A program made the position numbers and the translations under genes. Below, piece after piece: positions 49,746 through 62,955 of a stretch of DNA of 64,000 bases. The notes under the pieces were generated by a model. The model searched no databases, was not told the DNA's origin, and saw only the letters and a program-made list of their open reading frames with translations. Each line of letters starts with the position of its first letter. Position 1 is the stretch's first letter. The DNA is taken from positions 1,984,001-2,048,000 of the forward strand of contig CDRNST010000027.1 in the NCBI GenBank assembly GCA_977016875.1. Direction: 5' to 3'. Source of the stretch: Pavona decussata (lineage: Eukaryota).

Positions 49746-51249
49746 CATGAACTAATTATTACCGGGGTGTAATATTTAACAATTATCCTGAGAAATCGCT
49801 TGGAATGTGTTCTGATATATCTATCGTCAACGAAAAAAAAAAACCGAATTATTTGCAAGAACCGTAACGACAACCGAAATTAGGTGGTATGGATCGATGC
49901 ACGTGGGAAAGGAGAGCACGAGAGAAGCGTAAGAGTTGTTCGAGGCGTAGCCGAGAATAGGCCATTTCCGAGTTGCTTTGAGCCTAATTATGAAAGCGAG
50001 GCTTCGTACATAGTTAACAATTGTTCACCAAAGTGGAGGTGAATAGTGATGAATTCGCGGCTCGGTAAATATCCATCACTTTCACCGACACTGAGGTGAA
50101 TAATTGTTTTAGTATATACCACACAAGCTGAGTAAGAAGTGGACCAAAAATTACTTTATTTTTGACAATATACCGACAAATGGTGGGAAATTTTTAAATC
50201 TCGCGCGCCGCGCGGCAAGCGATTTCTTATTGTAGAAAGTTCCGTCTTGCTTTCTTGCGGACAAATAAAACTTTTGGAGGCACTTGTTTAGTTGCTGTGT
50301 CTTTTCTTCGATTGTTGTGTGAAATTTGTCCTGTTGTTGAAACCATACTGCAAAACATTTACATGTTTACATTGTAATTATAGTGCTAGACAGCTTTCGT
50401 AAACAAGGCATTGTATTTTTAGTTTTCGCCTTAGAATATGAGGTTTGAAAGATTAAATAACTTACCATGTAATGCCGTCAAAACAAAATTTCTTGCAATT
50501 TTTTTTTTGTAATAGCCGTCTCTTTTATGGAAATATTTTCCTCTTAAGTGATCGTGGCGAAACGGGAAGCCATCTTGTTTCTCTTCGGCTGCTCAGAGGT
50601 GAATAGTACTTGGCTAATCACCTCGGAGCTAGCCAATCAGCGTGCGCAAAATGCACAAGTTGAAAATTAGTTTTCATTCATAAGCAAACGAAACTAATAT
50701 TCACATGAAAAGCTTTGCGCTTAGTTTCGCCTTCATAATGAGGTATAAAACAACTCGTAAATGGCCTTAAACTCTCTTGCTTGCTTGCTTCTTACGAGAA
50801 ATAACATAGAGAGGCGGGGGAAAGGGGGGAGAGGGGAACCCGGGCAGGACAGTATTAGCTTGGCTGTTAATTGCCCTGAGCTTCTGCCCCAACTCAACTT
50901 GAGAATGAAACAACTGATCATCTGTCATTTAGCATACGAAGTTGGATGGATGGATGACCTTTATTTTAAACAAAGCACAAATCTTTTGGGGTCGTTCAGA
51001 TGGGGTTTGACCACTGACCAATTTCAATTTAGCCAAATTGAACAGTTATTTATTGTCTACTGTAAGCAGCGCTTACAAGGCATGTATTAGTCACTAGCCN
51101 NNNNNNNNNNNNNNNNNNNNNNNNNNNNNNNNNNNNNNNNNNNNNNNNNNNNNNNNNNNNNNNNNNNNNNNNNNNNNNNNNNNNNNNNNNNNNNNNNNNN
51201 NNNNNNNNNNNNNNNNNNNNNNNNNNNNNNNNNNNNNNNNNNNNNNNCC

Positions 51250-51480
51250 GTCTGCTTAGGGGCGCGGCCTTGTAACCATTAGGTCCTTGGTTCAAGGCCC
51301 CTTTGTGACCACCACTTGAGGGATTTGTTTCATAACCATTGTTTTATACTGCCTCGGACATGTTTTGTAAATAGCCAACTGGTAAGCCTCCCTGCCAGTT
51401 TAGTTTGCATTATTTCTGAGTTATTTAGTGCCCCAATTAGCACCCCAGCACTAAATCAATTAAATAAAGCTGTTATTAAG
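51250..51480 (+). mobile_element. tRNA-derived SINE remnant
   Basis: B-box-like GGTTCAAG followed by a GTAAATAGCCAACTGGT...GCCTCC core and an AATAAA tail. Confidence 0.5.
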
Positions 51481-51595
51481 CTGTTGTTGTTATTATTAAA
51501 TACGCGCCTTCAATGTTCTTAGAAAAACAAATTACGCTTTTTGTTCAAAATACATTACTAAAGCGTCATGTCCAATACGGCGTGAAAAATAAATA

Positions 51596-52525
51596 TTATG
51601 TCAATCCTTGATTTGTATTGTGGGTGGGCACGGGGGTGCAGGCTTCAGAATCAGCAGTCATATACCGCTGAACGTCGCATGGTAGTTGTCCAAGGACGCT
51701 ATCTGATATTTTCACGTAAAGCTGAGTTTCATTGTCATAAGTGGCGCCGCGGCCTAAATATCCATACTCGATTTCTAAATAAGCCTTAAGGTCGCTCATT
51801 CCGGTGACATCCAGTCCTTCAAAGCGATAAGTCTTGAGAGGGAAAAATATCGATTTTGGAAACGCCTTCTTCCTGTAATCATATAGACCTGGAATGTTCC
51901 AGTTGACGCAGAAGCAATCTGGGCTGTCTGGGTGTTGTCCTAAGGTGAAAACATCCAAGTGGACAAGATCGATGTCGAATACCTCGTCAGCTGGAATTCC
52001 TAACCGCGTATAGAGTTTTTTGGTTGCGAAAAATTTTAAACGCTTTCCGCCAAAGCCGGTAAACGGAATTTCTTTGCCATCTGCATCAAACCAGTCGTGT
52101 CCATAACGTGAACAATCGTGTGACATGACCACCTCGCCTTCTTTAAACGCGGTGAAAGAATCGGTATTCTTAACAGCGCTCGAGAAATCAGTCTCGACAA
52201 TGGCGATGTCGATATCGTAGTCGTGCTCGATCATTTTCCCGTCTTCACGATAAACGGACAGCGCTGTGCCGTTGTAGATGAAGTACTTTACGCTTATTTT
52301 GTTAAGGTACTCAATGACAAGCTTCATGAGGTGAATTCGCAGGGGTTTAAGCCTTCCATTTTCTTCAAGCTTTACATGTAAGTTATCCGCGCGGCACGAG
52401 CCCCACATGTCAAGGCTGATCATCTGTGGATTTTTGTCAACTTGAAAAAACGTTTCCAGATCCAGTCCATCGCACTCTTGTTCACTGTCAGAATCAGCCG
52501 AGTTGATTGGTTCCGATATCGACAT
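51596..52525 (-). CDS. LicD/fukutin-family nucleotidyltransferase, single coding exon, 309 aa
   Basis: YFIYNGTALSVYREDGKMIEHDYDIDIAI (LicD GT..G..R...DxDxD motif), HLDVF, and C-terminal IFFPLKTYRFEG...AYLEIEYG. A splice acceptor at 52551-52550 lies just before the ATG. Confidence 0.85.
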   Translation of the reverse strand: MSISEPINSADSDSEQECDGLDLETFFQVDKNPQMISLDMWGSCRADNLHVKLEENGRLKPLRIHLMKLVIEYLNKISVKYFIYNGTALSVYREDGKMIEHDYDIDIAIVETDFSSAVKNTDSFTAFKEGEVVMSHDCSRYGHDWFDADGKEIPFTGFGGKRLKFFATKKLYTRLGIPADEVFDIDLVHLDVFTLGQHPDSPDCFCVNWNIPGLYDYRKKAFPKSIFFPLKTYRFEGLDVTGMSDLKAYLEIEYGYLGRGATYDNETQLYVKISDSVLGQLPCDVQRYMTADSEACTPVPTHNTNQGLT

Positions 52526-54758
52526 CCTCGAGCCGAGTTGATTAATTACCTGAGAAAGGGAAAGATTATAGAAAAACAATAAATTTCACGGAAGATAGAG
52601 CACCGCTCATCACGTACTTCAGTTCACTAGAGACTGAGTAATATGAAGTCATAAAAATTAGTCAACTTTCTCTAAATTTAAACCTCTATAGCCTCAGAGA
52701 GATGCTGCTCTTAGCCCCTCCCCAACCCCCTGATCTTATGTTAATTTTGGTGATTCATTTCCTTCTCTTCGCCATGATAGTTTTGTATCTTTGAAACTTG
52801 ACATTTTTCCTCCATTGGTGGCATTTCAATATTTTTAGAATTATCACAGGTCAGCCCATAGACATTGTCGAGATGTCCAGCTGTGACAGAGGTGGATTAT
52901 GAGCTTTCAACCAAGTCCCCAACGGCAAACTCATGGTCACCAATCATATCGAACAGGTTTCAATAAAAAATATCACCAAAATGACCGCTAACGCAGGGCT
53001 TGTCTTGGAGAACAGTACTATTTTTTTGCCTTTAATACCAAAATTGGTCACCATGAGCAATAAAAGTATTTCAAGTTCCTCGTTTCCAAAGATATCTTGC
53101 CTATGTAACCAAACTCAAATAGACAGGCCCACCAAGTCTAGGAAGAGCTACCTGTGGACCACTCGAATGGTAAACAAGTTAAAATTAAGAAAACAAAAAT
53201 TATTGTTGTTGTTGTTGTTGTTGTTCGCCAAATAGTAATTGGACACGTTTGGCTTGGTCGTGCAAACAAGGAAGAGCTGTTATTTTTAAAAATATTCCTG
53301 ATTAAAGAAATAAGGAACACAACTAAACACTTTGAAGATCATTTTCCTAAAGGCCAGGCACTTAAGGAACATGGTGCCCATGGGTCAAAGAAGAACTACT
53401 TACCCATTTATACATAATTTTAATTCCCTGATGAATCCATAATGCATTTGTATGCAAATATCTTCTCAAATAAACATTGGGGGTGTTTAATTTGGAATTT
53501 AAAATGCCATGCTCACTAAAAAAAATTTACATAAAGTCCTATTAAAAAAATTAAAAAAATTATTGTATTTATTTTAAGAGAATGCACACTATTCGTGTCG
53601 CTTCCTTCTGGATGCTGTGCGATTTCAGGGTTTGGGGGCCATCTTGAGCTGGCTGACCACTCGCCTCGATTTCATGTGAGAGCTTTGAATCCTGTGGGCT
53701 AAGTGAAGTCCCACAGGTTGACTTGCTTCGGTCTGGATGCCATGTGATTTTAAGGGTTTGTGAACCATATTAAACCTTATTGTTGTGTTCAAGTTAGCAA
53801 CTGGTTTATGACACTGTATGAAAGCACCCCACAAGTCCACTTTCCCTGAATTATATTTCTGGGCAATCAATAGTCACTAAAAATATTAAATAATAATAAT
53901 AATAGTAATAATAATAAGTAAAAAATAGTCATGATTATTTAATAGAGTAAGTATTGTTAAAAATGTAAGCAAAAGTATTGTAAGTATTGAATTTATTGTA
54001 AATAGTCTATTATCAAGTACTTTGCTCTTTGTATTGGCTAGTTTGTGATTGTACGGAGAATGCGTTACTTGAATGTGTAATTAGATAAGCAAGTGTTTAT
54101 TGTACGCTCAAAAAGTTTAGAGCGGTTAGTCAAGAGTGTTATACTACTCTTAAAGTAAGCATGTTACTCACTTATCTGCTTAAATATTGTAACAATAAGC
54201 TCAAGTGATTTTGAAATTACTGTTGTAAAAGTAGTTTATTGCGTCAAAGAAATAAACAGTTTGTGTTAAAAAAAAGAAATTATTTCACTTAAGATTGAAT
54301 GCTCTTTACTAATCCATCATTATTACTAGCATATACATGTAGCTAAGTAATTATATGCAGTATATCAAATGTAATAAAAATTATTACAAACTACAACAAA
54401 TCGTCAGTGAAAGTCAGTTCAGCATGTACAATGTTGATGTTTTATTGCGTATCAGTCAAGTCAAAGAGCAACAGAGACTCTGGAGAAATTGAAAAAAATT
54501 AAATTTTTTGATTGGCTACTCCTTAATGGCTTTCATTATTTTACCACTGACAGAAATCCTGCAGTGAAAAAATTCCAGTTCCCCACAGTCTCTCCTGGCA
54601 CCCACTCGTTGGCCAAAAAGCCTGAGGACTCTGGATACAAGAGTGCAGTAAACTGCCAACATAGTAGGGAATTGGACCTTTTTTCTCAAATGACTGGGGC
54701 TGGGAGTGAGGGGAGAGGGTGGGTGGGGATGGGTGCTCTTCCATCTGATTGACACATA

Positions 54759-55242
54759 ATGCATCAGTCAATTCCATCAGTGCCCATTCTCCCCCTCCTG
54801 GGCCATTTCCCGGAAATTAGACATTTTGGAAAGAAGCTGGCAAATGCCGCACAGCAGGGACAAAAATGTTGTTCGAATGCCCCAGGGTAGGGGCTCAAAA
54901 ATGTTATCTCTTCCTCGTTTCTTGACTTATTTTCAATAAAATCTAAGGTAATTCAGGCCAAATTTAGTGCTAGCTTGGTCTTGTTTCCGGTATTTAGTGT
55001 CAAAATAGGTCATTCTGCAGCTTTAGTGTCCCATTTGCGTTCTATCTAGACTCTAGAAGAAACTTACTGAATTAGCCAATCAATTGGTCAGATCATTAGA
55101 AGAAGTGACAATGTTATAAGGTAAAAAAAAGTGAGATGGTCAAATGCCCGGGAGAATTGCCCGACCCCTAGGATGGACAGTACGGGAAAATACCTCACTA
55201 TTGCCCCAGGGGGACGGGCACAGGTGGAATTGACTGATGCAT
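54759..55242. mobile_element. MITE with ATGCATCAGTCAATTCCA TIRs
   Basis: Perfect 18-bp inverted termini. Confidence 0.7.
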
Positions 55243-57162
55243 AGTGCATAAAGGAATGCTGTTCCAAATATAAATATATAATGATTATTTTACTTCTTGT
55301 ACGGTAAATTGTATTTGAAAGTCCTGGTATTACGGTTATGAACTTGGTTATTATTAATACAAAAGTCACTGAAGTAGGGAGGAAGAACGCTATAACTGAG
55401 TGTCTATCGATGTTCGATTACATGCACGCGCCGATTTATACATGCGTTGATGTTCGATTACATGCACCGGGAGAAATTAACAATATTTCGCGAGGAACAT
55501 TAGATAGGATTCTTACCTGTGAAAAGATGAGTAAACAGCTGTGTGGAAAACAGAGTAATTTAGACGAACCGTACCGAGCACGTGTTCACTGTTGTCTTGC
55601 TATCAGCCATCTTGGATTTTGCTAATCGAGACTCCAGTCTGGTCAGCCAGCGGTTTTTGCCAGAGCCCGGTAGGTACGTGGTGTAACAGTCATTTAAGAA
55701 GACACGCAACCTCGTTCCCAGGGCCTCTCCTTCTCGCTCCCTGAGGACGTGAAGAGGAGAGGCCTGGGAACCAGGTTGCCAATCACGGAGGATTAACGCA
55801 ATCCTTAACACTTCCTCGCTTAAAATCGAATTTCAAATCAAATTTCAAGGCGACACTTGGTAATACTTTGCGGATCATGCTTTTTCCCTCAGTGAAATGG
55901 GCCACTAAACAAAAACACTGCCATCCAAACCCATTACCTTGTTTGAAGACCTCAAATACCTACTTTTAAGATTTAAAAAAACCTGAACAGTGAGCTTTGA
56001 CCGAAGGCATTGTAATAACAAAAACAGGACACGAGAGAAAGATCAGCAAAATATGCGAACATTTGATTCATTTATAGAGAAATATGCAGCTACTCGAAAA
56101 GAAAATCTTAATACGGGCGTTGTCTGACAATGGGGCAGACTTCTAACCGCGCGCCGGTAAAGCTAGCTCTTTTAGAATGATCACTTAGCTCAAATTAAAC
56201 ACTTACGCACTAGCTGTAGTGCGGCATTTCCGTTCAGACTAAAACTAGTATATCCGTAATCACTGAAGGTGATTTTTTTGTTGTTGTTTCTGTTGCCAAA
56301 CAGTAGACTGATGCATGCCTGTGGCATGGATTGTTTTAAGTGCCTAAAATAACAGTAAAAATTGGAAGCTTGACTCCTAAAGTTTCAGTTTTTGGCTTAT
56401 ATAGGGATCTTTCAAATTATTCTCAAGATGCAGCCTTTGTTTGTCAACTTTGTCCTCCTGGCTGGTTGGATTTTTACTTGTCGTGAAAAATCTACCACCC
56501 AGAAGGCCAACCTCCTCAATTTAAGGAAGAACTCAGTGTTCTGGTTAAATCCAATTAGCTTAATTTTTCACACACATTAAAGACTCAGTGAATCGTCTCG
56601 ACGGAAACAGTTAATTTGCACGTGCCTGAGAATCTCAATGTTTCTCGAGACGTAGTTGAAGGAAACATTTAGATTCGAGGGAAAAAATTAACTGGTTTCT
56701 CCAGGGACCAGTCATTAAGTGATTTATTATATAGCAATTGAAAATAGATGAAACGTGGAAAACAAAGTAAAAGCGGTCAACATTCGTGGGAAACAGTTCA
56801 CTGATACTCTCCGACGTCATATTTTTCGCAATGTTACATGCTTGTGGTGGTGGCTAACAGTTCTATTGTAAAATGTCATGTGACATCTGAGGTGCTTTGC
56901 ATCAGTCACCAACGTATTCAATGCAAGGAAACGTAGAGGAGGTGGGGTAATGCTGTACATTAGCCGGTATGTGCCGCCGTGTAGCATGTGAACATGTGAA
57001 CCTTTCAGGTCTGAGATTGGTTCAAATGTTCTGTCTTTTGTTCATGATTTGATCTCCAAGGCCCAGGTTCATGAATCCCTCCTTAGTTACGATGTATTCT
57101 AAGTATTGTTTCTGAACAATCACACACTTAAATACGCCGCAAATTATGCTGCTTCACATTAA

Positions 57163-57744
57163 GGACGGTGCCTACTTTTGTTACTTGCGCATACGTTCTG
57201 CGTATCTTGAGATACTCGGGTTTCCGATGGGTGGTGCTTACTAATACAGAGATGTTTTTGCACGTTTTAAAACTGGTTCGGGGAAAGCAGAACTCGGCAA
57301 GTGTTCTTGGCATCCAAAAAAAAAATTTGGGGTAACCATGTATTTTTCAGAGATAATAAAACTTCAATTTGGAAAAAAAACGCCATACATTGCTTTATAT
57401 TTTACAGCTTTTTAGAATAATAGACCCATTCGGCTGACGCAATGTTGTACCCAATTTCAGATCCCCGGGGTTAAGATTCTTTGTTTATTGCATTTGCATT
57501 ATAATGTAGCATTCACATTTAAATGATAGGAAAATCCTTAGAACAAAACATTTTATGCCTAAAGGATTTGAATTGGTTACAACATTGCGTTAGCCGAATG
57601 GGTCTATTGTTGCTTAATTATCTCTAAAAAATGCGTGGTTACCCCCAATTTTCTTTTTGGATTCCAATAGCACTTGCTATAATCTGCCTCTCCCGCATAG
57701 TCATAAACCGCGCAAAAATACTTCGGTATTAGTAGGCACCGTAC
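57163..57744. mobile_element. Kolobok-like MITE (TTAA TSD) with a nested AT-TSD MITE at 57422-57605
   Basis: TTAA|GGACGGTGCCTACT...AGTAGGCACCGTAC|TTAA; inner AT|AGACCCATTCGGCT...AGCCGAATGGGTCT|AT. Confidence 0.8.
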
Positions 57745-57959
57745 TTAAAGCAGCATAAAAATTAACAAAATTCTGGCCAAAAAAAAAAAGAAACCACTCA
57801 GAATAGTCACTAGATCCATGAATTTAATTAACAGTAACAATAGCCTGTTGTTATTCCAAGAATGGGCGTGTGTTAAGAAACAATAGCAACTTAGCAGGAG
57901 TTCGTGAATCTGTGCCCTGGACTGAAACTCGCCGGGGTATTCATTTTAATCATCTTCTG

Positions 57960-58284
57960 AAGAAACTGAGAGAAAAAGAGGCAAGTGTAATACAAAAGGG
58001 CTAATTATTAGAGGCAGTAACAGAATATCTCGGTAAAATAACAGTTTGCATGGAAGCGTGACCTAGAAATTTCAAAAATTTTCGCCTCTTGATCGATCCC
58101 CTTGACTTGAGGAGGATATCAAAAACTAAAGAAACTGAGAGAAAAAGAGGCAAGTGTAATATAAAAGGGCTAATTATTAGGGACACTAACAGAATATCTC
58201 GGTAAAATATCAGTTTGCATGGAAGCGTGACCTAAAAATTTCAAAAATTTTCCCCTCTTGATCGATCCCCTTGACTTGAGGAGA
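57960..58284. repeat. Tandem duplication, 2 x ~170 bp
   Basis: AAGAAACTGAGAGAAAAAGAGGCAAGTGTAA...GATCGATCCCCTTGACTTGAGGAG occurs twice. Confidence 0.9.
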
Positions 58285-59470
58285 TTTTTTGAAAAACCAT
58301 CAAGTTGCCCTAGAATGTTCGGAAATAATGTGCTCACGTTCTATAACTCCCATAATGCCATTATAGTGCCGCGTGTTACCGAAAAAAAATAAATGCCTTT
58401 ATATGAACGGTTATAAAAAGTAACGTGCTTTAATCTAAAAGGTCATGATCAGGAGAATCGGGCGTCACACCAGGCTGAGCCTTCAAGATTTCGTTGAGTC
58501 TATCCGTGACTATTGAACAAATCACTTATCTAAGGATAACACAATTGTTCAAATACCCTATATTTTGGGAAAAATCATATCTCTTGGAACAGCTGTCTCA
58601 GGTTCGTAGGGTATTTATGTCTTTGGCAATTCTATCACAGATTTGTTTGAAAAAAATTATCATTGACAACAGTTTTTTCCAAAAAGGTAGCATATATTAT
58701 ACTGCAACAGGAATAGAAAATAGTAGTAAACCACGCTAATCGAAAAAGCAACTTCCTCACTTGTTGTGAACTTTCTAAGTTCATGTTTTAGAGAAAAAAC
58801 CTATCAAGACAAGTTTACATTTTAAAACATTGTGACTTGCCTTTGTAACATTCACAAAACCGAAATTAAAACCAACACTATTAAATTTAATAGAGAAACT
58901 TGTATCCCATGACAGTCTTATTGACTCGATGATCAAAGACTGAACTGAGAAACTGCTTCATTTCCATCTTTAATTAAGCGGAAAAAACAAATCCCAAAAC
59001 AAGCATGATTCCGCTAAACACAATGGAGGCGCTCTGGGTAGTACTAAGGCTGGTGGTGACGACTGGCTTGGGTTTGACTATATCACGTGTGTTGCACATG
59101 GGTGTGTCACAGCAGGCCACGCCACACTTGGTAACTTTGATTCCAGGATATTTCTTACCACAGGTATCAGTTTCAAGTTTGGAGCAGGCTTTCTGTAAAG
59201 AGACGTGTGGTGCTAAACGTTATTGTCTTATTCCACAAAATGGTGGCTAAATAAAAACTGAGTCGATGATTGATTGACTGACCGACCAACTTATTGATTA
59301 AGCTACTGGCTTGGCTGTCCGCCTGTCTGCCTACCTAAATGAAAAACCGGCCGGGTAACTCGCTGACTGCCTGAGTGACCGGATAACACACTGACTACAA
59401 GACTGGTCGACTGACTTGACTGATATTAAGTAGTGAGTGAATAGCTAAACAAATGGCCAGATAACCTGCT

Positions 59471-59545
59471 CACTGACCGACTGACTGACTGACTGACTGA
59501 CTGACTGACTGACTGACTGACTGACTGACTGACCGACCGACTACC
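59471..59545. repeat. (GACT)n microsatellite inside a degenerate GACT/GAAT tract (~59270-59740)
   Basis: Direct inspection. Confidence 0.9.
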
Positions 59546-59956
59546 TGGGTGACTTACTGAACTTCCTGCTGATCAGCTGACTGAATTAGTCGGCTGCCTG
59601 CATGTCCAGCATGTTCGGTTGACTCTGAACGGTCAGCTGACGACTTGATGACATTCTCGACCGACAGACTGACTCAACGACTGAATGGCTGGTTGAATGA
59701 ATGATTGAATGAATGAATGACTGACTGACTGACTGGCTGACAGTTTCACCAATCCCCTGGCTCGGTGGCTGATGAAAAAACATCTTACCAGGGATTAAAT
59801 TAGCCTCCCACGCAGTCGTTTTCAGGGGACTTGTGGGGAGGAGGTAATACGAGTCCCCTAAAAACGACTGCGTGGAAGGCTAGGATTAATAGGAAAACAT
59901 AAACTCATAGAAGGAAAGAATGGGTAAAATAGAGGCCGTTCAATAGCAACACTTTC

Positions 59957-60029
59957 ATGGTGGTGTTAATTTTAAGTCGTCGGGAGAGTTCCGGGAACTC
60001 TCCCGACGACTTAAAATTAACACCACCAT
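59957..60029. repeat. Perfect palindrome with 36-bp arms and a 1-nt centre
   Basis: ATGGTGGTGTTAATTTTAAGTCGTCGGGAGAGTTCC-G-GGAACTCTCCCGACGACTTAAAATTAACACCACCAT. Confidence 0.95.
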
Positions 60030-62955
60030 ACACAGTCCAGCAATGTCAGGTGAGTTTTGATACTTTAAAGAGAAGTAGCTTCCATTTGTATGGTCACAAT
60101 TTTGGATTTCATTTATAGATGCAAAAGAAACAGCCACTTTCCTCTGATTCACTTGAGGTTGATTGAGTGAGAGTGAAAGATCAACGCGAAGTGGACCTTT
60201 CTTTTTTTTTGTAGAAAGGACTTATGGACCCCTGCACCACTTATAACCCTCTTAACCTACCTTTACCCCACATGCCATCGTGTAAGCTGACATCGTTTTG
60301 CCACCAACTTTAAGTTCGATCACAGTTGTCACACAGGCGTCATAAGACACGCCCAATCCAACTTTCGTGCAGTTGGCGAGGTCCGTGGTATTGGAGAGGG
60401 CTTGATCGCAGCCTTTAACGCCGCTGATGCTGATCTCGGGGGTACATTTGTAACACTGTATTCCTAATGCTAAATAAATATAAGAAATTTGGTTTTAGAG
60501 GCGTACTGGGGCTTTTGTAAGCATAGGCGGGGGCGCGCGAAAAAACTGGAGCAAACGAGCCCAGTCTCACCCTCGTTGTTTTGTGCTCGCGGCCTTGCGA
60601 AATCGACTAACCAGATAAAGGGACAGCTAGCAGTCGATTGTAAAGTTGAAAAGTCACTTGCGGGAATGGTGTAGTAATCTTTGATTTTTTCCGACAGTTA
60701 CACCATTTAGCCTGGGCTGACACAGTTAAGAAATATCATTATGGTGTGGGAACGGCATATATGTCAGAATATCGCAGGCATTTCTGAGAAAAAATATGAC
60801 TAAGAACAAGGACTTACGCGTGGTTGCCGAACAAAAAAAAGTAAATATAAAATCATAAAAAAGAGAGTTGTATCAGGGTTGGATACACCATTCAGTTTAA
60901 CTCTATATTGCATACACTGCAAGGAGTGGAGTGGAATTTTAGCTAACGCCGTGTAGTCGATATTCTTCACACCGTTCCTGAGACATTGCGCCCCGGGCAC
61001 CGGGCAATGTGCCAGTCAACAAAACCTTTCAAAACAGGTTGCGGGGAGGGGGTGGGGGGAGGGGGGGAGGTAGTTTCTAATGAAAATGTGGTGCTGTGTC
61101 GGTGGGGAGTAGAAATGAATGTTTGGTCTTATCGAAAGAGTTGATAAGGTAAATTGGCCACCGTGAAGAGATTCGAGTGCTGATGTTTTGAGCGTTAACC
61201 CCTTCACCAGAGTGAATCCGATGATTCGCTCTAACGAAGTTCTAGCGTTCCAAACGTCAGGACTCGAATCTCTTTTATACGGTGACCAAATTAGGTCGGT
61301 TTTATCGAAACCAAACATTCCTTCCCGCAAACGTAATCGAACTCATTTCAAAACAACGGGAATATTCAACAATAAAATGCACTTAAATAACGGTCAAAGA
61401 AAAGCAGCTGGGTTTGTCTCTTACTCTCTTACTCTGGTACTAATTAAGACGGTGCCTTTGAAATCTATTTTTTAACATTGGTTTTCATTGTTGTATGCTT
61501 TCTTAAAGAAGTTCTCTGTTCAGTATCTTTTGGTGTGAGCTGATGCTTCGTTAGCCTCCAATTTACATGTTAAATAGGCGTCGCTCGTTAAGTAACTAAA
61601 AAGCCTCATACTTATATAATTTTATTGTCCGCACTGCATTTGAAAACTTGAATCATGCCTTTCTAAGCTAGCGGACGCTATTCGACTGCACTGCAACGCA
61701 CTAACTGTGATTTATTTTAAACAAGGAAATTGAAATGTAATTTAAAATTGGACTGGTAGCTTTTATTTCTTGCTATTTTATTTCCTTTGTCAAGTTTTGT
61801 CAACCATTTTCTTGGAGGACCAAGAGAATGGCAGCAAGTTCAAGGCTTCCATACGTTCTTCGATCACCATTGTTCAAAAAGGCCTAAACAATAAAGTTAC
61901 CAAAACAAAAACAAACAAAAAAAAAACATTTAAAGAAATAAACCAATAATTTTTGTCATTCTCCTCATGTACACTTGGTCTGCAGGATCTGATCATGAAA
62001 CATTTCTGATAAGCCGGAGTTACACAGGATCACACAGCAACAAAAGGCTTTTGTTTGAACCATTGTTCGACTTCAAGCGGTGTACATCGCAATGAATATT
62101 CTAGAAAGGCTCATGAGAATAGCTAGCAGTAGCCAGTTTGCGTTAGCGAGGAACGCAGCCTTCAGACTGATTAGCCTTTTAAGCCGCAGTATCTGGAGGG
62201 AGATTCTCTTTACAGTACTCAATATATTTCTTGCGGTACTAGTTGCGAGAATGTCTTAAAAGATCACGCTATTTTATCTTTGGTGACCAATTCTCGACAC
62301 ACTTATAATCTATATGTTTTGATCAAATGAGTAATGATTGTACTGATAAAGAATCGAAATTATATATCGGCTGAAACTGAAAGTAGGTAATTCGCGTGGC
62401 ATGTTCGTGGACTTTGTAATACCAGAGAAACTTTAAAATGCTTGCATGGCTAATTCGCGTCGCCTGTAATGAAATGACTTTGTAATACCAGAAAAACTTT
62501 GAAATATTTGTATGGCCTAAGAAAACAACTTTACGATTCAATTGTTTATTTGAAACCCAATGTGTTTTTTCAAATCGGCTTACAACTTAATAGAATGTTC
62601 TAACACTTGTAAGGCCGAGAATTAAGGCAACAACTAAACTAAGTTTCTCCAATTAAGTTGTACAAGTAAACCAGTATCTTGATTTTCTATAATTGACCGT
62701 TCAGGCCAAAAACTCTTGCCTTACAAATGCAGTTCCGTTCGAAGCGATTGCCAAGACAAAACAAACGCTTAAAATGGGCTTTTATATCGTTTGATCAACA
62801 ATATCACGTTCTTTATTACTCACCAAGATAAGAAAAAAAATCCCGAAATTAAAATATTTCTCACAGCAAACTAATTTTTTTTTCACAACTTGAATAATAG
62901 AGCCTTTACACCTTTGTAAATATTCCAAATTTTAGATGCAGAAATGCCTTTAAAG

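Noticed and set aside
44861-51295. ORFs containing X runs
   Set aside because: Artefacts of N gaps at ~44982-45133, 47092-47253, 48523-48756 and 51100-51247.
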